Shown here: positions 1 through 9,892 of the stretch, one piece after another
Layout of the letters: every line of letters begins with the position of its first letter
Position numbering within the stretch: the first letter of the stretch is position 1
Origin: a virus
Lineage: Duplodnaviria > Heunggongvirae > Uroviricota > Caudoviricetes
Virus record (IMG/VR): IMGVR_UViG_3300028734_000016
Length of the DNA: 29,362 nt
Strand: one strand, 5' to 3'
Notes under the pieces: generated by a model
Database searches by the model: none
The model's input: the letters and a program-made list of their open reading frames with translations, nothing else
What the model was told of the DNA's origin: nothing
Program-made: the position numbers and the translations under genes

Positions 1-1
1 A

Positions 2-313
2 GAAAAAAATGAAGAAAGAAAAATAAATCTAATGGGTGATTTATTGAAAAACTACAATGATCAATATACTGTTAATGCTTTAATTGGAGCAGTAAATGAT
101 TATAATCCTAAATTTCCTAACTATAGTACAGATCAGATAAGGAATTACATGAACAATCTTCCACAATCTATTAAAAATCATTTTGATATTGTTAGTTCAA
201 CAAAAGAAGATGTAGACGATTTCATAGAAAATAAATTTGAATTATTTAAACGTTCTTATGATATGTTTAAAGAAATAGATAAGAAATATCCTGGTGAAAG
301 ATATGGTAGATGA
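2..313 (+). CDS. hypothetical protein, probably 5'-truncated
   Basis: Frame is open from base 2 (EKNEERKINL-MGDLL...), so the true start may lie before the window; TGA at 311-313 is followed by a hairpin. Confidence 0.7.
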   Translation, partial: EKNEERKINLMGDLLKNYNDQYTVNALIGAVNDYNPKFPNYSTDQIRNYMNNLPQSIKNHFDIVSSTKEDVDDFIENKFELFKRSYDMFKEIDKKYPGERYGR

Positions 314-315
314 AT

Positions 316-342
316 AAAAAGTCAGATTAAATCTGACTTTTT
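316..342. terminator. bidirectional intrinsic terminator
   Basis: AAAAAGTCAGAT-TAA-ATCTGACTTTTT, 12-bp inverted repeat between convergent genes. Confidence 0.8.
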
Positions 343-599
343 TAGTATAGTTGTTCTTCGATTAACATTCTCTTTTTAAATTCTGAATCAACTTGATCAT
401 AAAGTTGATTTACCATATCTGCACACCATTCAAAATCTTTTATAAGTTTATCTGTGTCATCTATATAATATAAATTATCAACTTTATCTTTTAAATAGTC
501 GATATCATCTTCATTTCCTAATTGTGAAAAATAATTATATTGTTGTATTATTTTAAGATAACCCAACATTTTATGTATATCATTTATTAATTTGCTCAT
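342..599 (-). CDS. hypothetical protein
   Basis: 85 aa ORF; ATGA overlap with the upstream gene at 596-599. Confidence 0.75.
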   Translation of the reverse strand: MSKLINDIHKMLGYLKIIQQYNYFSQLGNEDDIDYLKDKVDNLYYIDDTDKLIKDFEWCADMVNQLYDQVDSEFKKRMLIEEQLY

Positions 600-937
600 A
601 TGTTAAATTTTTTAGTATCTTTATTCTTTAATAAATACTCAAAATATTCTATTTCATCTTTTTTCATATATCTATCTATTAAGCCTTCTTCAGCATCGAA
701 TTTACCATCCAATATTTTAACTTTATATGGGTAAAGATTTAATGTGTTAATATAATTATCATGTTTTTTATTTGAATCTGTTTCTTCAGGTTCGTTTATG
801 AATCCGTTTTTATCTATTTTAAGTATTTGTCCTAAGCAATCATCATAAGTAAAATCTGGCTCCATATCTAAATGAACATAATCTCCTACTTTATATTTAG
901 GCTTTAGTTGGCTTTCAAATAATCTTAAGTGCTTCAT
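596..937 (-). CDS. tagged small protein (MKHLRLFE...TKKFNI), KOW/SH3-like KYKVGDYV motif
   Basis: 113 aa; shared terminal motifs; ATGA-coupled at both ends. Confidence 0.85.
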   Translation of the reverse strand: MKHLRLFESQLKPKYKVGDYVHLDMEPDFTYDDCLGQILKIDKNGFINEPEETDSNKKHDNYINTLNLYPYKVKILDGKFDAEEGLIDRYMKKDEIEYFEYLLKNKDTKKFNI

Positions 938-1281
938 ATGTTAAATTTGTTTGTATTTTTAATTGCTTCATATTCTATTATCTCATCATCTGTTGCTAAT
1001 CTTTTTATTGTATTATTTTTATTCCAAAAAAATACAGAATTTTTTATTTTATCTTTTCCAACATTTTTATCAGAAAAAAAATGTTTTATTTTATCTGGAA
1101 TATTAACATATTGAATAATCATACTTTTATCATCAATAAACATTATTTTTCCTATCGAATTATTCACAAAATCCTTCAACTTTGTTAATGTGTTAGATTT
1201 TGTATCATAGTTAATTGATACATAATCACCTACTTTATATTCAGTGGTTAATTCATTTTCAAAATTTTTTAAATATTTCAT
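934..1281 (-). CDS. tagged small protein (MKYLKNFE...TNKFNI), EYKVGDYV motif
   Basis: 115 aa; same terminal motifs as its neighbour. Confidence 0.85.
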   Translation of the reverse strand: MKYLKNFENELTTEYKVGDYVSINYDTKSNTLTKLKDFVNNSIGKIMFIDDKSMIIQYVNIPDKIKHFFSDKNVGKDKIKNSVFFWNKNNTIKRLATDDEIIEYEAIKNTNKFNI

Positions 1282-1284
1282 ATA

Positions 1285-2187
1285 TTAAATTTTTCTATTG
1301 AATACATATAGGTCAAATATATTTTTACCGTCTACAATTTTATTGTTACTTAAATCAGAACCTAAAAATGTTTTAATGCATCTATAATTACCTATTAATT
1401 TTTTACCATCGTATACTTTAATTTGTCTATTAATTGTACCCATAGCACCTACTAATACAAGATAATTATTACCAAACATACTCTTCATTACAGAAAATTT
1501 CATAGACTTTGTACTTGAATCTCTCAAAAATCTATTAGCATCATAATTATTTTTATTGATAAGCAAGTTCTTTGATGGAGTTTTTAAATCTATCTGACTA
1601 TTAGAGTTGGTTATTTCTATGCTCACTACTCCTCCCGTTGGTGTGGAGATAGTCGTTTCCTCTTCTGACTGTATCTGTCCACCTTTCAATAAAGTGTTCT
1701 GATTTCTTCTTATTTCATTAAAATCAGCTTTGGCTAATATCTTCTCTGTCATAATTCTATCATTTTGCATATAATTTTTGGGTGGAAGCCTAAAAAAATT
1801 ACCAGTAAATGTCATTGACTTTATGTTATCAGTTTTAAATAATCTCCAAACTTTTTTTGTTTCAGCTTTTTGTGATACAGACCATCCTTCTAAGTGCCAG
1901 CCTCTTACAAGCATATTCTTTGTATTCTTATTAACTCCAAGTACCATAGGCTGAATTGTTCTTTCTCTACCACCTTTCCAGCGATCCTCATCTCCATTAT
2001 AATTCAGAAGAATAACCAAGCCATATTTAATAGCTTTTTTCATTAATTCCACATCAAATTTAACAGGTTTGTTGATAGGAAATTTTGGTATAATATTTGG
2101 ATCAATCTGTTGAGCCTCATTAATTTTAGTACCAAATATTTTTATATCTTTATTTTTAAATTTGTATTCTTTACCTTCTTCAAACAT
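1285..2187 (-). CDS. WYL-like domain protein
   Basis: RERTIQPMVLG...LVRGWHL...WRLFKTDNIKSMTFTGNFF fits the WYL pattern R-x-(V/I)-x-P...R-x-F-x-x-D-x-I; no N-terminal wHTH seen. Confidence 0.6.
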   Translation of the reverse strand: MFEEGKEYKFKNKDIKIFGTKINEAQQIDPNIIPKFPINKPVKFDVELMKKAIKYGLVILLNYNGDEDRWKGGRERTIQPMVLGVNKNTKNMLVRGWHLEGWSVSQKAETKKVWRLFKTDNIKSMTFTGNFFRLPPKNYMQNDRIMTEKILAKADFNEIRRNQNTLLKGGQIQSEEETTISTPTGGVVSIEITNSNSQIDLKTPSKNLLINKNNYDANRFLRDSSTKSMKFSVMKSMFGNNYLVLVGAMGTINRQIKVYDGKKLIGNYRCIKTFLGSDLSNNKIVDGKNIFDLYVFNRKI

Positions 2188-3073
2188 GATTTTTTTTACC
2201 TTTTTTTATATTTATAAGTCTTTTAGTTATACATAGATTATTGATATTACCTATTTTTTCTATAGAAATGTTATTATCAAATCCATATTTAATTGATATT
2301 TTGTGATCTAAACTAGGATAATTATCATCAAAAGATTTTAAATTGAAATTATCTTTAATATATTCATTATCATAATAATCATAACCATTCCAATTATTAT
2401 AAAGTTCTTTTTTATATTTATATGTTTCATTTCTAACTTTTTTTCTATATTCAATAATACTATTATCATTTATCTTATATTTACCATCACAATATGTACA
2501 ATTTTGTTTATGATTATTATGATTTGATGGAGATTGAAAAAAGTGCTTTCCACACATATTACAAATTATTTCTACTTTAATTTTATTAGTTACATAATTT
2601 ACCAGAGTATAATTATATTTATTACCATGAATATCTTTTGCTTTTTGTATGAATTTTGTTCTTTTTTCTTCTAATTCAATCTTTTTATTATTTGATTTTA
2701 TTATATTTTTACTTTCTTCTAATGCTTCTCTTTTTATTTGATTTCTCTTCTTATTTTCTTCTATAAAATTTGTATCTAAAAATATACATTTGATATTATT
2801 TTTTTCTAAATATGTTTTCTCAGATTTTACATGACAACATTTATTACAAAAATATTCATTATATGTTTCTAAACTTTTTAAGTAATTTCTATATTGCATT
2901 TTTCTTAATTCACCACATTTATCACATTTTACAAAAATTTCAATTCCACTATGCTTAGGTAAATCTTTAATATAAACATTCATTTTATTGTTTATTATTT
3001 CATATCCTAAATTAATATAATGTGCTTTCGTTGTATTTGTTACATTTATTGTTATTTTATCTTTTGTTATCAT
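2180..3073 (-). CDS. putative HNH homing endonuclease with Zn-ribbon modules
   Basis: CxxC pairs (CDKC, CNKC, CNMC, CTYC); KAKDIHGNKYNY...IIC module typical of phage endonucleases; C-terminal SLDHKIS...NNLCITKRLINIKKG HNH-like core. Confidence 0.7.
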   Translation of the reverse strand: MITKDKITINVTNTTKAHYINLGYEIINNKMNVYIKDLPKHSGIEIFVKCDKCGELRKMQYRNYLKSLETYNEYFCNKCCHVKSEKTYLEKNNIKCIFLDTNFIEENKKRNQIKREALEESKNIIKSNNKKIELEEKRTKFIQKAKDIHGNKYNYTLVNYVTNKIKVEIICNMCGKHFFQSPSNHNNHKQNCTYCDGKYKINDNSIIEYRKKVRNETYKYKKELYNNWNGYDYYDNEYIKDNFNLKSFDDNYPSLDHKISIKYGFDNNISIEKIGNINNLCITKRLINIKKGKKNHV

Positions 3074-3100
3074 ATTCTCTTTTTTATACTATTTTCTTCA

Positions 3101-3133
3101 TTTATAAATAGTTGATAATCAATTATTTATAAA
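3101..3133. repeat. 33-bp near-perfect palindrome upstream of the HNH gene
   Basis: TTTATAAATAGTTGAT-A-ATCAATTATTTATAAA: 16-bp arms with one G/T mismatch. Confidence 0.75.
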
Positions 3134-3219
3134 AAACATGCAAGATCATGATATATATATACTATATAATATATATTTTCCGCCTTAAATGCTTGAAACT
3201 TATAATAGTTATATATTAA

Positions 3220-3933
3220 TTATTTTCTTTGATTATATTGTTTTTTGATTATTTGTGCCAAAAATATTGCATCTATTTCATCATCTATTGGCTTAGGTAC
3301 TTTTTTTATTTTGGATATTCTTTCCATATTTTCCACACACCAATCCTTTAGTTCTAATTTTGAATCGCTTTTAATTAGTGCGTAAAGCATATCCCATTTA
3401 TCAAAGTCTTTAGCATTTTTACCTTCATCATTTTCATTATGAATAATTTCTTTGATTACCTTTTTACCTTTAGTTTCAATTCTGGGTTTGTATGCCATTT
3501 TACATGCTTCCATTTTAAGAGTTATTGGTGAAAATATTTGTATATCCCCGTATTTATTTATTCTATGTAATAATTTATACTTGAGTAATGTTGTGAATTC
3601 AATTAAATCAAATATTGGTCCTTTTGAATTATAGGAAAATCCTTCAATTCCTATTCTTATACTATCTAATATTCCTACATTATCAAATATATCGTTAATT
3701 ATTAAATCTGTAACTTCATCAAAATTTTTCAATTTTAATATTTCAGATTTACTATAATCTTCCTCATCTAAATATGAATATTTAATGTGTCTATAATTAA
3801 TAAATGAGTTTGTGTCTTTAACCCAAGTGTTGTTTTCTTTTTGAGTAGAATAACTAAATAGTTTAGTGATTCCATTCTTTTCAATACATAGAGCAGTTGA
3901 AATTTTTGATACATCTAATCCAATAAATATCAT
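3220..3933 (-). CDS. RuvC-like Holliday junction resolvase
   Basis: MIFIGLDVSKISTALC (catalytic D in beta1), IGIEGFSY (E), SPITLK, and C-terminal DDEIDAIFLA (D/D). Start moved to ATG 3933 because RuvC begins at the first beta strand. Confidence 0.8.
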   Translation of the reverse strand: MIFIGLDVSKISTALCIEKNGITKLFSYSTQKENNTWVKDTNSFINYRHIKYSYLDEEDYSKSEILKLKNFDEVTDLIINDIFDNVGILDSIRIGIEGFSYNSKGPIFDLIEFTTLLKYKLLHRINKYGDIQIFSPITLKMEACKMAYKPRIETKGKKVIKEIIHNENDEGKNAKDFDKWDMLYALIKSDSKLELKDWCVENMERISKIKKVPKPIDDEIDAIFLAQIIKKQYNQRK

Positions 3934-3985
3934 AAACTGTTTTGTTTTTTTTTTATATATAAATAAAAACAAGTTCTTAAAATAG

Positions 3986-4237
3986 ATGTTAAAAGGAATA
4001 ATTGATGATAAGATAGATAGTTTTGATGGATTTCACTTAGTTTATGCTAAAAAATGTGGAAGTCCAAAAAATAAATTTTTCGAAAAAAGAATTGATGTGA
4101 TTGAATTTTTCTCTCACAACTTAAATAATATTGATTTTTTATCAATAAATGATGTTATTATAGATATAAATAAATTAGTTGAAAATAGTAAACAGCTAGG
4201 TCGATATTTAAAATTAATGAAGATATATGAAATATGA
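3986..4237 (+). CDS. hypothetical protein ending GRYLKLMKIYEI
   Basis: 83 aa ORF; RxxKLxxI-type C-terminal motif. Confidence 0.7.
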   Translation: MLKGIIDDKIDSFDGFHLVYAKKCGSPKNKFFEKRIDVIEFFSHNLNNIDFLSINDVIIDINKLVENSKQLGRYLKLMKIYEI

Positions 4238-4598
4238 TGGAGTAGTGTTAAAAATAGAAGATAATCTATTTTTATTTGTTCTTAATCCAGAAACAAAAAA
4301 TTTAACAGATGGTGTAAACATATCTGCTCACGAGTGTTATGAAAATTTAAAACACACACAATTGGTTGTAGTTAACACAATTTTCAAAGATGGTACAGAA
4401 GAAATAGATAAAATAGATTTAGAAGAATTTATACATGGTGATAAATACGGAAAATATGATACTTTTATTTTAATTAGTGATGTTATTACATATACAATAC
4501 CTAATTTATTAGATATGATTAAAAAAGGAGAATTGAATATGGTAGGTAAAACTTGTATAGAAGACTCCAAAAAAAATGAAGATGATATTAATGAATGA
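4227..4598 (+). CDS. hypothetical protein
   Basis: 123 aa acidic ORF overlapping both neighbours. Confidence 0.7.
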   Translation: MKYDGVVLKIEDNLFLFVLNPETKNLTDGVNISAHECYENLKHTQLVVVNTIFKDGTEEIDKIDLEEFIHGDKYGKYDTFILISDVITYTIPNLLDMIKKGELNMVGKTCIEDSKKNEDDINE

Positions 4599-4893
4599 TA
4601 CTTTTTCACTAAAAAATAGTTTAGAAAAGCTTAAAACCAAAAAATATGATATAAGTATTGATAATACTATTGATAGCTTATTAATTAAATTTGATGAAGA
4701 ACAACTTAGAATGTTATCAAAAAGACAAGGACTGTTGATTGATAACAAACTTATTAGATTATTTTTCGTTGAAAATGTTGGATTTAGATGTTACAATGAA
4801 AAAGATGATATTTATGGTAAATTTTCAATTTGTATTAACATTGAAAGATTTATGAATAACTTATATTTAGAATATATTTCTAATCATATTTAG
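4576..4893 (+). CDS. hypothetical protein
   Basis: 105 aa ORF; start could be 4576, 4582 or 4591; ends in TAG and overlaps the convergent gene by 14 nt. Confidence 0.65.
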   Translation: MKMILMNDTFSLKNSLEKLKTKKYDISIDNTIDSLLIKFDEEQLRMLSKRQGLLIDNKLIRLFFVENVGFRCYNEKDDIYGKFSICINIERFMNNLYLEYISNHI

Positions 4894-5185
4894 CTAAACA
4901 CATAGTATCATCACCTAAGCCCAATGCCACACCAAAGCTACATGGTCCACTTTCTTCGTCACTTACACCAATTACACAATTCTCAATTATTATTCTATCT
5001 GGTGTGTCTGGATCTATGTAATATTTATATCTAGTTTTTTTAATTTTTGGTATTTGAGATACATTACCATTTTCATCCATAAATTGATGAATATCAGTGG
5101 TGCTACTTAAAGTAGCACCACTTTTTATTGTGTAACCTGTTATACCATCAAAACTTCTTGTATAAAGAGTATTGTAATCTGTCAT
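4880..5185 (-). CDS. hypothetical protein, possibly virion-associated
   Basis: 101 aa; directly downstream of the large structural gene; contains TGYT and SGAT. Confidence 0.65.
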   Translation of the reverse strand: MTDYNTLYTRSFDGITGYTIKSGATLSSTTDIHQFMDENGNVSQIPKIKKTRYKYYIDPDTPDRIIIENCVIGVSDEESGPCSFGVALGLGDDTMCLAKYD

Positions 5186-5198
5186 GATGTCATTTATT

Positions 5199-8100
5199 TT
5201 ATTTTGGTGTTATATTAGATATATATGTTTTGTTTAAAGAGTTTATTTTAACAATAGTCTCTACTGGTGATGATACAGTTGTGCTACTATTATTGTAAGT
5301 AACATTTGATTTGTCCCAGTATTTTACTGTATTATTGACATAATTTGTTGTTTGCCAATATTTCATTTTTGTTAAATCAAAATTATTATTAACTAACCAA
5401 TAATTTCTTGGTTCGTCATAATAGAATAATTTATTGTTCACATAACCAATTCCACTACCATCATTATCATATGTTGTAGTTTCAATGTAAATATATGGAT
5501 CAACATTTTTATTTAAACTAAAACTAAAAGATGATAAATCAGTTTTATGTAATTTAAAATATTGAACAGGTATTAATGTTTCTGTTGGATTTATGAATGT
5601 TGTACCAGATAGATAAAATGTTTTTATCTTAACAGAATATTCATTCGGAATTTCATTATTATCTATAGTTGTTCCTGTTGCACCAAATAAGGTGTAGAAA
5701 TTGACAGTAACTAAATAATCTGATCCAAAATTTAAAGTTGCTGTATAATTAAAATTTACCACTGTTGATTTCCTATTTACTACTGATTTTTTCACTTGAT
5801 TTGATTCATCATAATTTTGGTATAATGTTAAACTTGTATCTGATACTCCTGTTATGTCAACTAAATTTGTTGATAATGGTACAACGTGTCTTCTAAGCCA
5901 AGTCTTTAGTTTTGTTAATTTAGTTTGTACTTCATCTAATGAATATATTAAAACATTATTTCCTTCTATATCAGTTATTGAATATGATAAATTAAATAAG
6001 TTTGTTTTTTTCCATGAAATATTATTTTGATATTTGCTACTAATAAAATCTGTTTCATTCCAGCCAGAAACACTATTATCAAAAATATCAGGTATTAATA
6101 TTTTATGTAAGTTACCGTATAATGTAGAAGATTTGTCTATATTTTTATAATATTCTGATAAATATAAGTTATTATATCCAAAGAAATTTATAGCATTTAT
6201 CAATGCTTTATATGAACCAACATAATCATAAACTTCTCTATAATTGACAAGCATTTCTTTTCTTTTGCGATTAAATAATGTATAATCTATAGCGTTATCT
6301 TCAATATCAGAAAGATATAATATATTATAAACATCATCTTCTAATTGAACTCCTAAATTATTAAGATTCACTTTAAATCTAACATCTTCTATCTCAGTTT
6401 GACCATATAATACGCATGATAATACTTCTTTTGGTTGAATTTCTATATTGTAATAAAATGTTGAACCAGTTGTATTAAAATATGTAAATCCTGAATCATC
6501 ATATGTATAACCACTTGAATCATTTGAATATGTGTATCCAGTGTCAATAAATATTTTATTTCTTGAAACATTTGATATTTTATAAATATTTACATTTTCA
6601 TTTATTGTTTTGCTTATAATATTTTGATCTTCAAAATTTATTTTTATAAGTTGATTAGTTTCAAAATAATTTTTAAAATTAAAATCGAATGTTGATGAAA
6701 ATTCAATAACATTACCACTTAATGTGAAATTGTTGAGTGAATGCGAATATCCAGAATTTGTATATCCACTCATCGAAAAATAATTAGTACTATTTAATGG
6801 TGTTATAAATTTATCAATTTTTAGTGTTCTGTTGTTTACTCCTTCTTCAATAGAATTATAACCTATGAAAATTTCTAGTGGCTCAGGTATATAATCATAT
6901 GAAATAGAAGAATCTAATTGTTCTAATTTGTATGTCAATCCAGTAAAAACTGTTTGTTGATATTTAGGATTATTAACGTGTATTAAATTATCATTCGGTG
7001 TATTATTAAGAAAAACTACATTGTTTGTTAAATCAATCAATGGTTTTTGTCCCGTATATTTTAATTTTTCAATGTTATTAAATGGTTTTAATTGTTCACC
7101 AGATATATCATATAAGAATATAGATTCATCTATTTCGTCTTGATATGGTACTTCCCAATATGCTTTTAAATATACATCTCTATTATATTCTCCTCTTGGT
7201 TTTCTAATAAATTCTCTTGTCTTTCCACCAATTACTACATTGTTTTCTGTAGTGAAAACACCTTGATAAGATAATGTTATAGCAGATTCTGATAAATATA
7301 ATATATTATATTCTTTATTATTTACATCATATGTACTACCTGTAATTTTTAATAACATACCTGTAGCTAAATTTAAATCAAATAAATTTGTAGATGTTGT
7401 TAATTCATTACCAGATAATAATATAGAATTATTTCTTTGATTTTCTATTATTTCATGAGTTGATAAAATATTTGTGATTATACTCAAATCCCAAATATCA
7501 TTATCTGACTGAATGTTTAATGTATATCCAGTATGATTAATACTATATCCGCTGTATATTATATACCCATTACTATACATAATATCATTATAAGTAGTTA
7601 TAAAGTTATTTATTGTAGTTTGAGTATCAACAGAAAAACCTATACTATATTCATTTCCATTTAATTTTAAATTGAATCCAAATCTATCATTATCACTTTG
7701 TAATCTTAGTACTATTTCTGAATGAGCATCAGGTTTATATAAATTAATATCTGATTTATTAGTTTTTTCTTGTATTAATTTTTCATTTGTGATAATATCA
7801 TATTTATTAGTTGTTCCATTAACAGTAAAATCAAAGTTGTCATCTATTTTTATTCCGTTTGAATAACCAGATACTGAAAAATAATTACTATTCGCTCCAT
7901 ATAAACTTTCAATAGATAAATAATCATTATTGTTTCTAAATGTATAATACGCATCTATACCATATTTATTTAATGTTGATTTATATTTATTTAGAAAAAC
8001 TGTGATAGTATCATATGATGTATTATTTGTTTTTCCACTGATATACATTTGTGATAAATTTATAATATTTGATGTAGAGTAACAATATGCATTATTAATT

Positions 8101-9452
8101 GTAGTGTTGTTAAATTCTGTTATATTACCAGATGATGTGAAATTTACTTTTTTTATTTGATTTGATTGTAATTTTTGTGTAATTGTGTATGTCGAATTAT
8201 CTTCGTCTATAATATATCCAGATACAAATAGCATTGTGTTATTTAAATTTGCATTATATACAGAATTTATTACGCTAAATTCTCTATCGTTCATTAAAAA
8301 TGTAGAACCAGTGTTATTAACAGTAGTTACACCACTTAGATGTATTATGCTGCCAATTTTTATATCTAATGTACCATCAAATTGTATTGTATTCCATTGT
8401 GTGTTGTTGCTAGTTACACTGTATGATCTATATTGAACATTAGATGAATCATAAAATGTTTTGAATGTTAAAGATTTGTTACCTAATATGTTATCTGTTA
8501 CTAATGAATCAATTGTGAATGTATATCCACTAAATAATTTATTACCTAAAACATCTTCAAATATTACATTCATTTTTGATTGTTCTGATCCTGATTCAGT
8601 ATAAATTGTAGTCTGCTCTAATAGATATGCGTATTTGCCTACATTAAGAGTACCAGTATTATATGATTCTGACTCTAATGTGATATTATTTTGTAAAATC
8701 GTAGGTCTTTCAGTTAATAATTCAACAGTCAATGTAAATAATTTATCAGTATTGTCATCAATTTTTATTTCATTTAAGTATGATTTTGTTGTTCCAGATT
8801 TTATTACACTAACAATACCATCATTGTATGTGGTGTTTATTAGTGAAAATACTTTACCAGGATATAAATTTTGAATTAATAAATTGTTATTTGATAAATT
8901 CCTATTGTAATCATTAATAGAAATCATACTCAGTGAGCTTGTTGTACCAGATAAAAATGATAAATTGAAAAGATTATTATTTGTGCTTGTTATAATTAAA
9001 AAAGCGTTCTTTTTGACTGATAATATATTAAAGTATTTATCATCACTAAAATCAGATGATCCAGTGATTCCGGAAAAATTAACTACTGAACCAATTGGAA
9101 ATTTTTTATGAAAATCTAATCCATATATCCATTTAGAATAAAATTTATTTGAATCATTTACTTTAGTGATATTTGTTATGATTTCATTTTGGTGACTGGT
9201 GTCGCCAGATTTTGATAATCCTGAAATTGTTATACCACTATTGTTGTTGTAATTCATTGATAATAAATTTGAATTAATTGTAAAATCAATAGGGTCAACG
9301 CTCTCAAACATATATAAACTTTGAGTTTTGAATGTTTGATCTGAATTTTCATCAAATATTATTTTACCGTTCCAATTTTCGGAATTTTTATCATATGAAA
9401 AATTGTGAGGAAAACCATCTTTATTGAAGTATATGTATTTTGAATTATCCAC
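5199..9452 (-). CDS. large virion structural protein, putative baseplate wedge (P2 gpI / T4 gp7-like segment)
   Basis: 1417 aa, N/S/T-rich and beta-like; RKEMLVNYREVYDYVGSYKALINAINFFGYNNLYLSEY resembles the gpI/gp7 wedge motif; GTG start. The CDS is certain, the product is inferred. Confidence 0.55.
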   Translation of the reverse strand: MDNSKYIYFNKDGFPHNFSYDKNSENWNGKIIFDENSDQTFKTQSLYMFESVDPIDFTINSNLLSMNYNNNSGITISGLSKSGDTSHQNEIITNITKVNDSNKFYSKWIYGLDFHKKFPIGSVVNFSGITGSSDFSDDKYFNILSVKKNAFLIITSTNNNLFNLSFLSGTTSSLSMISINDYNRNLSNNNLLIQNLYPGKVFSLINTTYNDGIVSVIKSGTTKSYLNEIKIDDNTDKLFTLTVELLTERPTILQNNITLESESYNTGTLNVGKYAYLLEQTTIYTESGSEQSKMNVIFEDVLGNKLFSGYTFTIDSLVTDNILGNKSLTFKTFYDSSNVQYRSYSVTSNNTQWNTIQFDGTLDIKIGSIIHLSGVTTVNNTGSTFLMNDREFSVINSVYNANLNNTMLFVSGYIIDEDNSTYTITQKLQSNQIKKVNFTSSGNITEFNNTTINNAYCYSTSNIINLSQMYISGKTNNTSYDTITVFLNKYKSTLNKYGIDAYYTFRNNNDYLSIESLYGANSNYFSVSGYSNGIKIDDNFDFTVNGTTNKYDIITNEKLIQEKTNKSDINLYKPDAHSEIVLRLQSDNDRFGFNLKLNGNEYSIGFSVDTQTTINNFITTYNDIMYSNGYIIYSGYSINHTGYTLNIQSDNDIWDLSIITNILSTHEIIENQRNNSILLSGNELTTSTNLFDLNLATGMLLKITGSTYDVNNKEYNILYLSESAITLSYQGVFTTENNVVIGGKTREFIRKPRGEYNRDVYLKAYWEVPYQDEIDESIFLYDISGEQLKPFNNIEKLKYTGQKPLIDLTNNVVFLNNTPNDNLIHVNNPKYQQTVFTGLTYKLEQLDSSISYDYIPEPLEIFIGYNSIEEGVNNRTLKIDKFITPLNSTNYFSMSGYTNSGYSHSLNNFTLSGNVIEFSSTFDFNFKNYFETNQLIKINFEDQNIISKTINENVNIYKISNVSRNKIFIDTGYTYSNDSSGYTYDDSGFTYFNTTGSTFYYNIEIQPKEVLSCVLYGQTEIEDVRFKVNLNNLGVQLEDDVYNILYLSDIEDNAIDYTLFNRKRKEMLVNYREVYDYVGSYKALINAINFFGYNNLYLSEYYKNIDKSSTLYGNLHKILIPDIFDNSVSGWNETDFISSKYQNNISWKKTNLFNLSYSITDIEGNNVLIYSLDEVQTKLTKLKTWLRRHVVPLSTNLVDITGVSDTSLTLYQNYDESNQVKKSVVNRKSTVVNFNYTATLNFGSDYLVTVNFYTLFGATGTTIDNNEIPNEYSVKIKTFYLSGTTFINPTETLIPVQYFKLHKTDLSSFSFSLNKNVDPYIYIETTTYDNDGSGIGYVNNKLFYYDEPRNYWLVNNNFDLTKMKYWQTTNYVNNTVKYWDKSNVTYNNSSTTVSSPVETIVKINSLNKTYISNITPK

Positions 9453-9522
9453 AAAAGTTGTTTTTCTTATATATATAAAAAAACTATTTCTTATATGTAA
9501 AAAATAATATATAAGATATATT

Positions 9523-9876
9523 ATGATTATAGAATTTAAAATGTATGAGAATTTTTTATCTGATGAATATTTAAAAAATGTTACAGATAGAAATATTGAA
9601 AAAATGTATATTGACGGCGAAATATATATTTTATTGTATCATGGTACGAATAAAGAAAATTCGAAGAAAATAATTAGAACAGGTAAATTTAAAAATGGTA
9701 CTTGGTTCTCTCCTGATTTTAATATTTCTAGAAGATATAGTTTAATGACAGGATGTAAAACTCCTATAATTTTCAATATGTATATAAAATTAGATTCGTT
9801 GTATATTAGTGGAGATTACTTTATTGCAAAACATGATTTACATAATGATAAACATGGACAGTCAATTTATGAATAA
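9523..9876 (+). CDS. ADP-ribosyltransferase-fold protein (PARP/HYE-like)
   Basis: LLYHGT...IIRTG...GTWFSPD...SRRYS matches the first two ART core motifs; a third catalytic residue is not identifiable. Confidence 0.6.
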   Translation: MIIEFKMYENFLSDEYLKNVTDRNIEKMYIDGEIYILLYHGTNKENSKKIIRTGKFKNGTWFSPDFNISRRYSLMTGCKTPIIFNMYIKLDSLYISGDYFIAKHDLHNDKHGQSIYE

Positions 9877-9892
9877 ATTAAAAATAGTATAA

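Noticed and set aside
3220-3933. RuvC protein as TnpB/Cas12/IscB-like RNA-guided nuclease
   Set aside because: Only 237 aa with the catalytic Asp at residue 7, no REC/WED region or Zn finger, and no array or IS ends; fits a stand-alone resolvase.
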